Shown piece after piece: positions 21,620 through 32,754 of a stretch of DNA of 64,000 nt. The position numbers and the translations under genes are program-made. Below the pieces are notes generated by a model. It did no database searches. It worked only from the letters and a program-made list of their open reading frames with translations, and had not been told where the DNA came from. Positions within the stretch are counted from its first letter, which is position 1, and each line of letters opens with the position of its first letter. The DNA comes from an uncultured Campylobacter sp. (GTDB lineage Bacteria; Campylobacterota; Campylobacteria; Campylobacterales; Campylobacteraceae), in assembly GCA_963522285.1 (NCBI GenBank), contig CAUQWV010000001.1:124317-188316 (forward strand). The letters are read 5' to 3'.

Positions 21620-22969
21620 ATGGCGAAAATTAAAACTACGATTTTTGAATGCCAACACTGCGGCAATCAGCAAAGCAGATGGCTCGGCAGATGCCCCGAC
21701 TGCGGCGCATTCGATAGCTTCATCGAGCTCAAGCCCGCTCAGATCAAAGCGCTAAAAGAGATCGAGGGCGAGCTTGCCCGTGCCTCATCCGCAAGCGCCA
21801 AAGCGATCAGCGAGATACAGATCGAGCAAATTTCGCGCATCGACACCAAGGATAGCGAGCTAAATTTAGTCCTCGGAGGCGGCGTAGTGGAAGGCTCGCT
21901 CGTGCTAATCGGCGGCAGCCCCGGCATCGGAAAATCCACGCTGCTGCTTAAGATCGCGGCAAATTTAGCAAGTGGCGGCCGCGCCGTGCTTTACGTAAGC
22001 GGCGAGGAGAGCGCCAGCCAGATCAAAATGCGTGCGCAGCGGCTGGGCGCGATAAGCGAGCAGCTGTTTTTGCTCACCGAGATAGATCTAAACGCCGTGC
22101 TTGAAGAGGTGGAGCGCAGGGATTATAAGTTTATCGTCATCGATAGCATCCAGACGCTTTTTAGCGACAAGGCCTCCTCTGCGCCGGGCTCGATCACGCA
22201 GGTGCGCGAGATCACCTTCGAGCTGATGCGACTTGCCAAAGCGCGCGGGATTTCGATCTTCATCATCGGACACATCACCAAAGAGGGCTCGATCGCGGGC
22301 CCGCGCATATTAGAGCATATGGTGGACGTGGTGCTGTATTTCGAGGGCGATGCGAGCAAACAGCTTAGAATTTTGCGCGGTTTTAAAAACCGCTTCGGGG
22401 CTACGAGCGAGGTGGGGATTTTCGAGATGGGGCCGCACGGGCTTGTAAGCGCAAAGGACGTCGCGAGCAAATTTTTCACGCGCGGCAAGGCGGTAAGCGG
22501 CTCGGCGATCACGATCACGATGGAGGGCACGCGCGCGCTCGTCGTGGAGATCCAAGCGCTCGTGTGCGAGAGCGGCTACCCCAAGCGCAGCGCCACGGGC
22601 TTTGATAAAAACCGCCTCGATATGCTTCTAGCGCTACTTGATCGCAAGCTTGAGATCGGGCTTGGCGGATACGACGTCTTCGTAAACGTAAGCGGCGGCG
22701 TAAAAATCACCGAAACGGCGTGCGATCTCGCCGTCGTCGCGGCGATCGTAAGCAGCTTCAAAAACCGCCCGATCAGCAAAGAAAGCGTCTTCATCGGCGA
22801 GGTGAGCCTAAACGGCGAGATCAGAGAGATCTTCAACCTCGATGCGCGCCTGAAGGAGGCCGCGATGCAGAAATTTAAAAATGCGATCGTCCCGATGAAG
22901 CCGCAAAACGCGCAGGGGCTTAAAATTTTCCACGCTACGGAGATCACGCAAATTTTAGATTGGATGTGA
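21620..22969 (+). CDS. radA: DNA repair protein RadA/Sms
   Basis: Zn ribbon CQHC...CPDC, GSPGIGKST, KNRFG, Lon-like C-terminus. Confidence 0.97.
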   Translation: MAKIKTTIFECQHCGNQQSRWLGRCPDCGAFDSFIELKPAQIKALKEIEGELARASSASAKAISEIQIEQISRIDTKDSELNLVLGGGVVEGSLVLIGGSPGIGKSTLLLKIAANLASGGRAVLYVSGEESASQIKMRAQRLGAISEQLFLLTEIDLNAVLEEVERRDYKFIVIDSIQTLFSDKASSAPGSITQVREITFELMRLAKARGISIFIIGHITKEGSIAGPRILEHMVDVVLYFEGDASKQLRILRGFKNRFGATSEVGIFEMGPHGLVSAKDVASKFFTRGKAVSGSAITITMEGTRALVVEIQALVCESGYPKRSATGFDKNRLDMLLALLDRKLEIGLGGYDVFVNVSGGVKITETACDLAVVAAIVSSFKNRPISKESVFIGEVSLNGEIREIFNLDARLKEAAMQKFKNAIVPMKPQNAQGLKIFHATEITQILDWM

Positions 22970-23699
22970 GACGGCTCGCGATGAGTTCCAGCTTGGCGGT
23001 CGGCGCGAGAGGACGAAAATGGACTTTGAGCGGCAAAGGGTGCGTTACTTTTGCATGGGCGCGGCAAAGAGCGCAAGTGCGCCGCTTTTTGCATGGCTCG
23101 CAAGCAAGCGCAAATGAGCTTGATCGCCAAAGCACGATTTTTGGAATTTCACGTATCGTAGCGGCTCAAAAATTCGTTTGAGCTTTAAAACGGCTCGGCG
23201 ATGGTGCGGTTAAAATTTAATCATTCGCGCCGCATTCCAAGCCAATACAAGGCGAGCGCTTTGCTTAAAATTTTGCCGCAATGCGGCGTAAAGCCAAGTC
23301 CGATAGGTCTTGCGTCGCGCAAAATTCTATCGCGGCGCACAGGACGTATCGCATAGGGCTAAGAGCCGATAAAATTTTAGCGGCGCCAAGTTCTCATGCG
23401 CGGGTGCAGATACCACAAGCAAAGTATCGCGCGCCGAGCCGAATGGGCGCCGCCGTAGCACGTCGCGACCCGAAAAAGGCTTGCTAGCGAGACGCTATGC
23501 AAGCCAAAGCGCGCAGTTCCGCCTCACGTAGCCAAAATACAGAGCCGAGAGGCGGCAAGATAGCAACGCAGCGAGAGCGCGATGAAATTTTAATGCAAAC
23601 CGCATAAGCCGTCGGCAAAGCCTAATTCTACGGATAGGTTCCGCGGATAAAATTTCGCAAATCTAGCGTGGATAAAATTTTATAAATTTAAACGGAAAG

Positions 23700-24449
23700 G
23701 TGCGTATGAGCCCAAACGTAATCGTAAAATTCGTCATTTTGTTTTTCATCAGGGCGCAAAGCTTAAACGTCAAATTTAGCAGGCTCGATGCTGTCGTGTC
23801 GCGCGCTTACGCCAAATACGGGGTACTGTTTAAACTAAGCGTGCCGTTACTTGCCGTAGCATCGGCGTTTGCGCTGTTTAACCTATACGATTTTGCCAAA
23901 GCCAACTACGCGCTGACGCTCTTTTTGCTCGCTTTGGGCGCACCTCTGCTTACATATAGCTTTTTTAAGGCGATAAAATCGGCGATGACCTTCGCGCTAT
24001 TTGTTATCCCCTTTGCGGCGGTGTTTGCGATCATTGCGGTGACGGGCGCACAGAAGCTTGATAACTCGCTAAATTTTAACATCGTCTTTCCGCTGTTTTT
24101 CACCATCGTGTGGTTTGCGATGTCGGTGATCGCCGACGAGGACGTGGCGCAGATCATGAATAAGATCGTATCGAAGCTCTCGACGCTTTTCGTGACAATT
24201 TTCATCCTTTATAACTACGAGGCACTGCATGGGATTTTAACCGCAAGTGCGGGAGGGTATCGCGCAAGCGAGGATGAGCTAAGCGCGCTCGATCTAGTGT
24301 TTATGACGATTAGATTTTTTACGCTGCCTTCGATTTTTACGTTGATGATTTTTGAGATCAAGGATTATCTTTTTACGAGATACAGCGCGTTCGTGCAGGC
24401 TCAGCAGGAGCGCATGGAGGATTCAAAAAATTCCAAGGGCTCGGAGTAA
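23700..24449 (+). CDS. Hypothetical multi-pass membrane protein
   Basis: 249 aa, about 7 hydrophobic segments. Confidence 0.7.
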   Translation: MRMSPNVIVKFVILFFIRAQSLNVKFSRLDAVVSRAYAKYGVLFKLSVPLLAVASAFALFNLYDFAKANYALTLFLLALGAPLLTYSFFKAIKSAMTFALFVIPFAAVFAIIAVTGAQKLDNSLNFNIVFPLFFTIVWFAMSVIADEDVAQIMNKIVSKLSTLFVTIFILYNYEALHGILTASAGGYRASEDELSALDLVFMTIRFFTLPSIFTLMIFEIKDYLFTRYSAFVQAQQERMEDSKNSKGSE

Positions 24450-24681
24450 AATTTTAAAGCTTAGCTCGATCTAATTTTGCGCGCCGTAAATGCTCGCAAA
24501 TACTGAAGACTGCGACCGCCGTGTGCACGCTGGCTTAGGCGCGGCAGTGGGACTAATAAAATTTGAAATGAAATTTTAGGACAAAATTTTGAGATGGAAT
24601 TTTAATGACACACCGCTTATGCGTGGGTTAGAATTTAAAGCCGCGAAGCTTCAAATCCCGACCCGCATCAAATTTAAAATT

Positions 24682-25488
24682 CTAAAAGAAGCTGTATATG
24701 TCGTCTAAAAGGAAGTATTTTTTATCGACGGTGCCTTTGTAGAAAGGCTCGAAAGTATCGTTATACGCCTTTTTGAAAAAGCCCTCTTTGCTAAGCGAGA
24801 TGAGCGCTTGATTGACGGCTTCTGCGAGATCTGCGTTGCCCTTTTGCATCGCGATGCCTAAAAATACGTTCTCGCCGAGGCTTTTGATATTAACCTCGAC
24901 GCTAGGATCTGCGACCGGATAGACCATCACAAATAGATTATCGTCGCACGCGCCATCGATTTCGCCACTTTTTAGCCGTTTATAGCAATCAGAGGAATTT
25001 TTGCAATACACTAAATTGTAGCCGCCATCCTTTTGCATAAACGCTTCGCCCGTCGAGCCTCGGATGACGCCTACTTTCTTACCTCGCAAATCGCTCATTT
25101 TTTGGATATTGTCGCTTTTTTTGGTTAAAACTCCGGAATTTACCGAAAGATAGGGCATCGAAAACTCATAATTTTTCTTTCTCTCCTCAGTAATGCTCGC
25201 AGCCGCGATAAGCATATCCGCCTGATTATTTTGAATCGAAGGAAAGCGCGCCTGAGCAGATACCGGAATGAGCTCTATACGTCCGCCTGCTGCACCTAAA
25301 ATTTTACTACCAATTGCATTAGCAAGCTCTACGTCAAAGCCCTCAAAGCCGTTATCCGTAACTCTACTAAACGGAGGTTCATTTTCATAAACGGCGATAC
25401 GAATGACTTTACTCTGCTTTATTTGGCTTAAAGAATTCGCAAGCGCAAAGATGCAAGATAGAAGAATTAAAAACAGTGATTTTTTCAT
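24682..25488 (-). CDS. Amino-acid ABC transporter substrate-binding protein (family 3), paralogue 1
   Basis: Signal peptide, PPFS, GFDVELA, ITEERKK, FSMPY. Confidence 0.9.
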   Translation of the reverse strand: MKKSLFLILLSCIFALANSLSQIKQSKVIRIAVYENEPPFSRVTDNGFEGFDVELANAIGSKILGAAGGRIELIPVSAQARFPSIQNNQADMLIAAASITEERKKNYEFSMPYLSVNSGVLTKKSDNIQKMSDLRGKKVGVIRGSTGEAFMQKDGGYNLVYCKNSSDCYKRLKSGEIDGACDDNLFVMVYPVADPSVEVNIKSLGENVFLGIAMQKGNADLAEAVNQALISLSKEGFFKKAYNDTFEPFYKGTVDKKYFLLDDIYSFF

Positions 25489-25505
25489 TTCAAATTCCTT
25501 TTTTA

Positions 25506-26312
25506 TTAAAAAAAGCTGTAAAGATCGTCAAGCAAGAAGTATTTTTTATCTACGGTGCCTTTATAGAAGGATTCGAAAGTATCCTCATAGGCCTTTTTGA
25601 AAAAGCCTTCTTTGCTAAGTGCGATCAAGCCTTTATTGATCGCTTCTAGCAGCTCCGCATTGCCCTTTTGCACCGCGACGCCTAAGAATACATTATCGCC
25701 TAAATTTTTTATATTGACTTCGACTGCAGGATCTACGATCGGATAGACCATTACAAAAAGGTTGTTGTTGCAATACCCGTCGATCTCGCCGCTTTTTAAT
25801 CTCCTGTAGCAATCGACCGAATCGTTGCAATAAGAAACATTATAACCGCCGTCCTTTTTGATATACGCCTCGCCGGTAGTCTTGCGGATGATGCCGATCT
25901 TTTTGCCCATCAAATCGCCTATTTTGTGAATATTTGAGTCTTTTTTCGTTAAAATTCCCAAATTTACCGTAAAATACGGCATCGAAAAATCCACGCTGCC
26001 TTTACGCTCTTCAGTAATACTTGCGGCTGCGATTATCATATCAGCTTGATTATTTTGCAGCATCGGAAAACGCACTTCGTTCGTTACCGGTATAAGCTCG
26101 ATACGACCGCCGCTGTTGCCGAAAATTTTACCGGCTAGCGCATTGGCAAGCTCGACTTCGAAACCCTCAAAGCCTTTCTCGCTCGACTTACTAAAAGGCG
26201 GCTCATTTTCATAAACGCCCACTCTGATAACCTTGCTTTGCTTGATCTCGCTTAAGGAATTCGCAAAAACAAAGATCGCCGACAATAGAATAAGAAAAAA
26301 TGACTTTTTCAT
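25506..26312 (-). CDS. Amino-acid ABC transporter substrate-binding protein, paralogue 2
   Basis: Same motifs; closely similar to paralogue 1. Confidence 0.9.
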   Translation of the reverse strand: MKKSFFLILLSAIFVFANSLSEIKQSKVIRVGVYENEPPFSKSSEKGFEGFEVELANALAGKIFGNSGGRIELIPVTNEVRFPMLQNNQADMIIAAASITEERKGSVDFSMPYFTVNLGILTKKDSNIHKIGDLMGKKIGIIRKTTGEAYIKKDGGYNVSYCNDSVDCYRRLKSGEIDGYCNNNLFVMVYPIVDPAVEVNIKNLGDNVFLGVAVQKGNAELLEAINKGLIALSKEGFFKKAYEDTFESFYKGTVDKKYFLLDDLYSFF

Positions 26313-26757
26313 AATTTCCTCCTTGAATTTTAAATTTTTCGTAATTGTAATGTAAATTTTCTTAAAATTTCATTTTACCAGAACCGAAACTATTCCCTAA
26401 ACTGCGAGCTTAGCGATAAAATTTCGCAACTAAAATTTCTAAGCATAATGATAGAAGCTTTTTGAATTTTACCGTCTTTGACCAAGCTCCGCCTGCTCTA
26501 ATTAAATTTTAGCGCTTCGCTATAAAATTCTATGCGTCTATTAGCGCCGCGCAAAAATAGCATGCCGCTGCGAAATTCTACGGAATTTTATAAATTTTGC
26601 AACAGCGCGTTAGTAGAATTTTACAATCCAAACCCAAGCTCGCAAAGTCGGGCAAAATAGCAAGGCTATGCAAGCCTTTTAAATTTTACCTGGCGTATAG
26701 CGCACAGCTCTATGCTTACTGCAAGCAAATGCAGGCGAGCCGTACTGCTATGCTCGC

Positions 26758-27564
26758 CTAAAATAAGCTATAAAGATCATCCAACAAGAAATATTTTTTC
26801 TCCGCAGTGCCCTTGTAATACGGCTCAATTGTCTCGTCATAGGTCTTTTTCATAAAGCCGTTCTTGCTTAGCTTGACTAGCTCGCCATTTAAGAACTCAA
26901 GCAGATCCTTATTGCCCTTAGAAACTGCAATGCCTAAGAAATCCGAAACACCTAAATTCTTGATATTTACCTCGGTGTCGCTGTCGATTACAGCATAAGC
27001 CAAAACTATTAGATTATCTGTCGCATATCCGATGCCCTTACCATCCTTTAGCATTTTATAGCATTCGTTTGCGGTAGCGCAATTTACGATTTCAAAGCCC
27101 TCTTTTCTAAAATACGCTTCGCCCGTAGTTCCGGTTTCTGCGATGATCGGCTTGCCGTGCAGATCCGATACAGTCTTGATCCTATCGCCGGCGCGGGTTA
27201 GCACGCCGATATTTACTGCGAAATACGGCGTCGTAAAATCGACTAGCTGCTTACGCTCATTTGTGATCGTAAAGGTCGCAAGCACCATATCTACTTTATT
27301 TTCTTCCAACGCTTTTAAACGCTCGCTAGCCTTTACGGGCACGAATTCCACCTTGCCTGCCTTACCGCCAAATATATCTTTTGATAGCGCCTCGGCTAGA
27401 GTAACCTCAAATCCTTGAAATTTGCCGTCTTCAAATTTACTAAAAGGCGGTTGCGCCTCAAATACGCCCACTCTAATCGTGCCCGATTGCCTGATCTCAG
27501 ATAGGGTATTTGCCACTACACTACTTGTAAATAGCAAGAAAATTCCCAAAATTATCTTTTTCAT
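26758..27564 (-). CDS. Amino-acid ABC transporter substrate-binding protein, paralogue 3
   Basis: PPFSK, VDMVLATFTITNERK, DFTTPY; same 268-aa length and YFLLDDLYS C-terminus. Confidence 0.9.
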   Translation of the reverse strand: MKKIILGIFLLFTSSVVANTLSEIRQSGTIRVGVFEAQPPFSKFEDGKFQGFEVTLAEALSKDIFGGKAGKVEFVPVKASERLKALEENKVDMVLATFTITNERKQLVDFTTPYFAVNIGVLTRAGDRIKTVSDLHGKPIIAETGTTGEAYFRKEGFEIVNCATANECYKMLKDGKGIGYATDNLIVLAYAVIDSDTEVNIKNLGVSDFLGIAVSKGNKDLLEFLNGELVKLSKNGFMKKTYDETIEPYYKGTAEKKYFLLDDLYSLF

Positions 27565-27735
27565 ATCGTTCCTTTAATTACAATGATTAGCCTAGCCGCG
27601 CATTCGCGTCGCTTCGGCAAGCCGTCTTAAGCCGGTCGTATATTATTCGCTCACTTCTCCTTTCGACATTTTTTAAAATTTCTTTACCTTTGAAATTTTG
27701 CGGCGCATTTTACGCAAATTTCATTTAAAATACAT

Positions 27736-28431
27736 TTAATTTGCGCCGTGATTTAGATCCCAATCGATCTCTCCTAGACCGTGCGCGCGCAGATATTCGT
27801 TGCATCTGCTAAAATGCTTGCAGCCGAAAAACGCCCCTCCTGCAAGCGGGCTAGGATGCGCGGCGGTTAAAATGAGATGCTTCTGCGCGTCGATCAGCGC
27901 CGATTTTGCTTTGGCGAAATTTCCCCACAGCATAAAGACTAAGCTTTGCCGCCTCGCGCTTAAAATTTTAATCACGGCGTCGGTGAAAATTTGCCAGCCG
28001 AAGCCGCTGTGCGAGTTCGCGCGGTTTGCGCCCACGCTAAGGCTCGCATTAAGTAGCAGCACGCCCTGCTTCGCCCAGTAGCTCAGATCGCCGCTTTCAG
28101 GCTCGCTGATACCCAGATCGCTTTCAATCTCTTTGTATATATTTACGAGGCTGGGCGGAATTCGCACGCCGCGCGGCACCGAAAAGCTAAGCCCCATCGC
28201 CTGATGCGCGCCGTGGTAGGGATCCTGCCCCAAAATCACCGCGCGCACCCGTTCAAACGGAGTTAGATTGAAGGCATTAAAGATCAAATTTCCCGGCGGA
28301 TAGACGATCTCGCGCGCCTTTGCGGCGAGCAGGTTTTCTTTGATCTTTGCAAAATACTCGCTTAAGAATTCCTCCCTAAGCGCCTCTTTCCAGCCGCTCT
28401 CGATCCTCACGTCGTCTAAGTTTATCTGCAT
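27736..28431 (-). CDS. ung: Uracil-DNA glycosylase
   Basis: GQDPYH, PPSLVNIY, GVLLLN, HPSPL. Confidence 0.97.
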   Translation of the reverse strand: MQINLDDVRIESGWKEALREEFLSEYFAKIKENLLAAKAREIVYPPGNLIFNAFNLTPFERVRAVILGQDPYHGAHQAMGLSFSVPRGVRIPPSLVNIYKEIESDLGISEPESGDLSYWAKQGVLLLNASLSVGANRANSHSGFGWQIFTDAVIKILSARRQSLVFMLWGNFAKAKSALIDAQKHLILTAAHPSPLAGGAFFGCKHFSRCNEYLRAHGLGEIDWDLNHGAN

Positions 28432-28944
28432 GCCGGTCCTTTAAATTTAATGAATTAACGCCATAATTTTACAATAAATTTTAAAAATAGTATCGCTCGC
28501 ATGCGCCACTGCAATCAAAGGCGAATCGCCCGCGCTCTCGCGCCGCAACCGATCCCGCCGATTTATAGGCGCCGCTACACGATCACGATCAAAAGCGCCA
28601 TAAAAAACAGCATGGCGATCGTCTTTTTATTATCGTTAAGTAGGGTCCGCGGGTAAAAGCAAACAAAATCGCGTAGGCAAAAAGCGCGATTGCGAACTCC
28701 CACGGGTTATTATCTCTGAATTTTAACCTATAAGCGACCCGAAAGCTATATGCGAAAGCAGCGATAAAATTTGAGCCGGTTTCATACTATCTTTGTGATC
28801 TCCTATTTTATGAAAAACCCACTATATCGTTATTTTATCTACTTTGATAAATGTCCGCAAGACCAAAGTCTAAATTTTTAAATTTTATCCCAAAAGCTTT
28901 TAAATTTAGTTCGCAACGTTATATTAAATCGACCATAAGTAAAT

Positions 28945-29562
28945 TTAGCGCACGCTATAATATCCTAAAGTATTTATTTGAACTATATTAAATTCGGGAT
29001 AAAAAATAACCTCGTGATCATAATCTATCGGCTGTCCCCACGGTATATGATCCTTTTTATGCCATATTTGCCTTTTATCGTTCATTAACGCCGTTAGTTT
29101 TAAATTTTTAGTTGAGCCGTAGATTAAATATTCCCGACTGCCGGCATAGTGATAAAACGGCGCTGCCCACGACAATTTAAATTCATGTAAATTTTTAGTT
29201 TGGGCTATACAGTCTGACTCGGAAACAAGTTCGTAACCCTCTTGCAGCATTTTTTGTTTCGTCACGGAAAAAGGCTTATCCGCTTTTATAAAATGCGTGT
29301 AGCATATACAAGTCTGCCATTTATTGAAACAAACACCATCGGGAATCTTTTTGCGATATATCAGCAAAGTTTCGCCCTTTCTACTTGTTAGAGATTCAAA
29401 TTTAGCCAAATCTCGACCTTTTACGTATGGAAATTTAAATAACGGCGAAATTTGAGCATATAAACATATACACGTTATCAATAAGAAAAGCGGTAAAATG
29501 ACTACAAGTGCCGTAATCTTGATGACTTTCCACAATATTTTTAAGATCTTTACTGCTTGCAT
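28945..29562 (-). CDS. Hypothetical protein with N-terminal TM segment (AT-rich)
   Basis: ORF track; start moved to ATG 29562 behind a GAGAGGGG RBS. Confidence 0.6.
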   Translation of the reverse strand: MQAVKILKILWKVIKITALVVILPLFLLITCICLYAQISPLFKFPYVKGRDLAKFESLTSRKGETLLIYRKKIPDGVCFNKWQTCICYTHFIKADKPFSVTKQKMLQEGYELVSESDCIAQTKNLHEFKLSWAAPFYHYAGSREYLIYGSTKNLKLTALMNDKRQIWHKKDHIPWGQPIDYDHEVIFYPEFNIVQINTLGYYSVR

Positions 29563-29641
29563 TATAATCTGCCCCCTCTCTATTTTAAAATTTACTGCGG
29601 TATTTATAAACCGGTCCGCCGATCTTAGCGGCTTTAAATTT

Positions 29642-30238
29642 TCATCGCGCAAGCTTGCTTCTAAGGCCGCAATACGGATAATCCATCGCCGCAGCGGCAG
29701 CCTCGCGCGCAGAGCCGCCTGCGAATTTTTCGATCACGCAAAGTCCAAGCTCGATAGAGCTGCTCACGCCGCCAGCAGTGATGATCTCGCCTCCTGCGGG
29801 CAAGCTCTCGCATACGAGCCGCTCGCGCACCACGTCCGCGCAGTAAGGCGCCAGCAGATCGTAGCAAAACGGATGCGTGGTCGCGCGCCTACCTCGCAAA
29901 AACCCCGCCGCGCCCAGAAGCAGCGAACCGGTGCAAACGCTAAACTTATACTTCGCATCGCGCGCGGTTGCGAGCCACGAGATGAAGCCCGCATCGTCTT
30001 TAAGGCGGCGCGTCGCCATACCGCCGGGCACAAAAACCGCATCAAAGTCGCCTAGATCCGTCGTGATCTCGCCCACGTCAATCGTCAGGCCGCCGCTATC
30101 CCAAACCTGCCGCTCGCGCGAGCAAAACCTCATCTCAAGCTGCGGGCGGGCGGCTTTTAGCCTTAGCATACAATCGTAAAATCCCACAAAATCGAGGTGC
30201 GTCTGTCCGCTAAACATCACAAGCGCTAGATTTTTCAT
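29642..30238 (-). CDS. DJ-1/PfpI family protein
   Basis: VFVPGG, SVCTGSLLLGAAG, RATTH, IITAGGVSS. Confidence 0.9.
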   Translation of the reverse strand: MKNLALVMFSGQTHLDFVGFYDCMLRLKAARPQLEMRFCSRERQVWDSGGLTIDVGEITTDLGDFDAVFVPGGMATRRLKDDAGFISWLATARDAKYKFSVCTGSLLLGAAGFLRGRRATTHPFCYDLLAPYCADVVRERLVCESLPAGGEIITAGGVSSSIELGLCVIEKFAGGSAREAAAAAMDYPYCGLRSKLAR

Positions 30239-30458
30239 AATCCGTCCTTTAAATTTATCGCTCGCCCAAGCTTTCGGCTTGCCGCCGCTGCAATTCTCGG
30301 CGCCGCAAGTCGTAAAATGCGCGGCGGCTAAAATTTTATACCGCAGGCTGCCAAAAACCCGTTCAAACGAATTTTAAATTTTACCCGCGTTAAAAACTTG
30401 CAGAAATTTTACCGCCCGCGAATGAAATTTCAGAAGCGGTTAAAATTTTGCGCGTTTT

Positions 30459-31205
30459 TTATTCCGCTTTATTTAAATTAGAAAAAGCCCGCAAACCCGC
30501 ATAATGCAGCCTTTTTGAAACATTCTCAAATTCTAAATTCCAAACCCCCTCGTCGTATTTCCATTCAAACGGCGTTTTGTAATTCGTCCAAATTTCATAC
30601 GCGCGTTCGTTTAGCCGCTCAATCAACGCAGAAATCCCTAAATCGCCGCCCGCTATCTCCATCATCAAATGCCAGTTATCCAAATCGGCGGGGTCGTCGG
30701 TGTGGATGGATTTTTCGCGCGGCAGATAATACACAAAATCGCCCGTATCGAAAGGAAAGAGGGTGTGGCACAGCGCAATGCCGTAAATTTTTTGGGCAAA
30801 TACGGTCGGAAGCTGCTCGTCCGAATAGCCGAAAGTTGAAACGTATAAAAAGCTGCGCAAAATGCTCGCTAAATTTCTACAAACGGGCGCAAAGGCGTAT
30901 CTGCATGCCTGCTGCGTTAAGGCGCCGTTTCTAATAAAACTTATGGCGCTATCGATCTCTTTTCTTCTTGCTTGCACGTATTTTATCTTTTTAAATCGCC
31001 AAGCTTGCAAAAGCTGCAAAGAATTGTCGATAACTCGCAGATGCTTGTCTCTTTTTTCATCCGCCGTGCCGCTTAGCTCCGCGATCCTCGCAACGGCCTG
31101 CCTCCAAAACGGAATCAGAGTTTTTACCCATCCCAGGTAGCTAAGATAAAGCGCGCTCGGCCCATCATTTTCAAAAGCCGCTCTCATCTGCGTAAGTTTT
31201 ATCAT
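30459..31205 (-). CDS. Hypothetical protein
   Basis: 248-aa ORF with GAGG RBS downstream of thyX. Confidence 0.7.
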   Translation of the reverse strand: MIKLTQMRAAFENDGPSALYLSYLGWVKTLIPFWRQAVARIAELSGTADEKRDKHLRVIDNSLQLLQAWRFKKIKYVQARRKEIDSAISFIRNGALTQQACRYAFAPVCRNLASILRSFLYVSTFGYSDEQLPTVFAQKIYGIALCHTLFPFDTGDFVYYLPREKSIHTDDPADLDNWHLMMEIAGGDLGISALIERLNERAYEIWTNYKTPFEWKYDEGVWNLEFENVSKRLHYAGLRAFSNLNKAE

Positions 31206-31240
31206 CGCAAGCCTCTTATATCAAAATTTTATCCCGCTCG

Positions 31241-31879
31241 CTACTCCTCGTCCTGCGTATTCTCCCCGCCCGCCATGCAGCTTTGGAATATAAATTTATG
31301 CTCCTGCGGCAGCGCTTCATAAATTTTACCCGCAAGCTCGCGGATCTCCCAAAGTGCTGCCTTGCTAGAGCGCAGAGCGAGGAAGTTTTGCAAGCTGCGA
31401 GCGTTTATGCTCCAGCTAAGCTCACTCTTGTAGCACTCGGGCAGGCAGTATTTGGCAATATCAAGGCTGATTGGGCTTTGTAAGATTACGCGCAGATTTT
31501 CAAGAGCCGCGATACTTGCTTTATCGACCGCTTCGTTGCCGGTAAGCACGATGTATCGCGCGGCGTTTTCGAAGTCTCCTTGCGCGAAGCTACCCTCGCC
31601 GCGCAATTCTTTGAGAGTGTAGCGAGTGGATTTTACGCTAAGGCTTGCTAGGCGGTGGCGCGCCAGCTCCTGAAGCAGTGCGCGCGAAATACCGCTGATG
31701 TAGAAGTTGTAGTAGAGGTGCTCGAGTGTGCTTGAGTGCTTGAGCTGATTGCCGACGCGATCAATGAGCGCTAGGTCTTTGGCGCCGCCGCAATCGCCGC
31801 GCTCAAAGCTCTGCCAGCAGGTGCGGATCGCGTTTGAACAGACCCAAAGCGGAGTGAAATTTAGAAGTTTGACTTGCAT
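31241..31879 (-). CDS. thyX: FAD-dependent thymidylate synthase
   Basis: HSSTLEH, ELARHRLASLSVKSTRY, ALWEIR; start at ATG 31879 after AAGGA. Confidence 0.95.
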   Translation of the reverse strand: MQVKLLNFTPLWVCSNAIRTCWQSFERGDCGGAKDLALIDRVGNQLKHSSTLEHLYYNFYISGISRALLQELARHRLASLSVKSTRYTLKELRGEGSFAQGDFENAARYIVLTGNEAVDKASIAALENLRVILQSPISLDIAKYCLPECYKSELSWSINARSLQNFLALRSSKAALWEIRELAGKIYEALPQEHKFIFQSCMAGGENTQDEE

Positions 31880-32006
31880 GTTTATCCTTTGAAATTTTAA
31901 GCGCATTTTAACGCTATCGCACTTTTAAACCGATAAAATTTCGCAAAATGATGCTTTTAATAAACGAAACTCGCGCCTAAGCTTTGCAAGCAGAAGCGCC
32001 CCCATT

Positions 32007-32633
32007 TTATCTTTTTTCGCTGCCGCCGCGAGAAATTAAAATTTCATCCAGCCCGTAGCGCGTGTGCGGGTATTTGCTAGGCTCACCACGTCCCAAAGCC
32101 ACGACGATCGCAGGACGAAATTTTGCCTCTAAAGCGCAGAATTTTTCCAAAGCTGCGGCGTCAAAGCCGGTCATTATACACGAGCGCACGTCAAAGCCCT
32201 CGGCGATATTAGCGATATTTGCCGCTAAGATATAAAGCTGCTTGGTTGCGTAGTTCATCAGCGCTTCGTCGTCTAAGCCCGCAAATTTCGCGTGGAAATA
32301 ATTCATCGCAGCTTCATATTTTTGCGGAGTGTTTGCGCGGCGGCGAACGGTTCGTTCTAAATACTCCTCGCCCACGCGCAGATCGTTACGCGCGATTAAA
32401 ATTACGGCGTGCGAGCACTCAGCTACTTGCGGCTGGCTGTTGCAGGCTGCAGAAAGCCCTTTTAGCTCGCAAGGATCCGAGATTATCATCATCCTCCAAG
32501 GCTCTAATCCGCATGAGCTAGGACTTAAGCGCGCAAGATCAAGCATCTCGCGCACGAGCTTGCTATTTAGCTTGTCGCTGCAAAATTTACGGCAGCTGTG
32601 GCGAGAGAGCATCACTTCTTTTATCGATTTCAT
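32007..32633 (-). CDS. Nitroreductase family protein
   Basis: SRHSCRKF, LSPSSCGLEPW, SCIMTGFD. Confidence 0.9.
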   Translation of the reverse strand: MKSIKEVMLSRHSCRKFCSDKLNSKLVREMLDLARLSPSSCGLEPWRMMIISDPCELKGLSAACNSQPQVAECSHAVILIARNDLRVGEEYLERTVRRRANTPQKYEAAMNYFHAKFAGLDDEALMNYATKQLYILAANIANIAEGFDVRSCIMTGFDAAALEKFCALEAKFRPAIVVALGRGEPSKYPHTRYGLDEILISRGGSEKR

Positions 32634-32754
32634 TTTATCTTCTTTAAAATTCGCGGCATTATAGCGGGTTTGCCTAAATTCCACCCGGCTAGCTTGGCGA
32701 GTTAAGCTAGATTTTGCTAATATTGCCTTTTAAAATTCTGCTACAAGGCATAAT

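Noticed and set aside
22960..23690. ORFs 22960-23181 and 23281-23487
   Set aside because: Arg/Ala-rich translations typical of GC-rich intergenic filler; no motif support
28560..28800. Possible remnant of a small membrane-protein gene on the minus strand
   Set aside because: AGGAG and ATG are present but the frame stops early; no family recognisable
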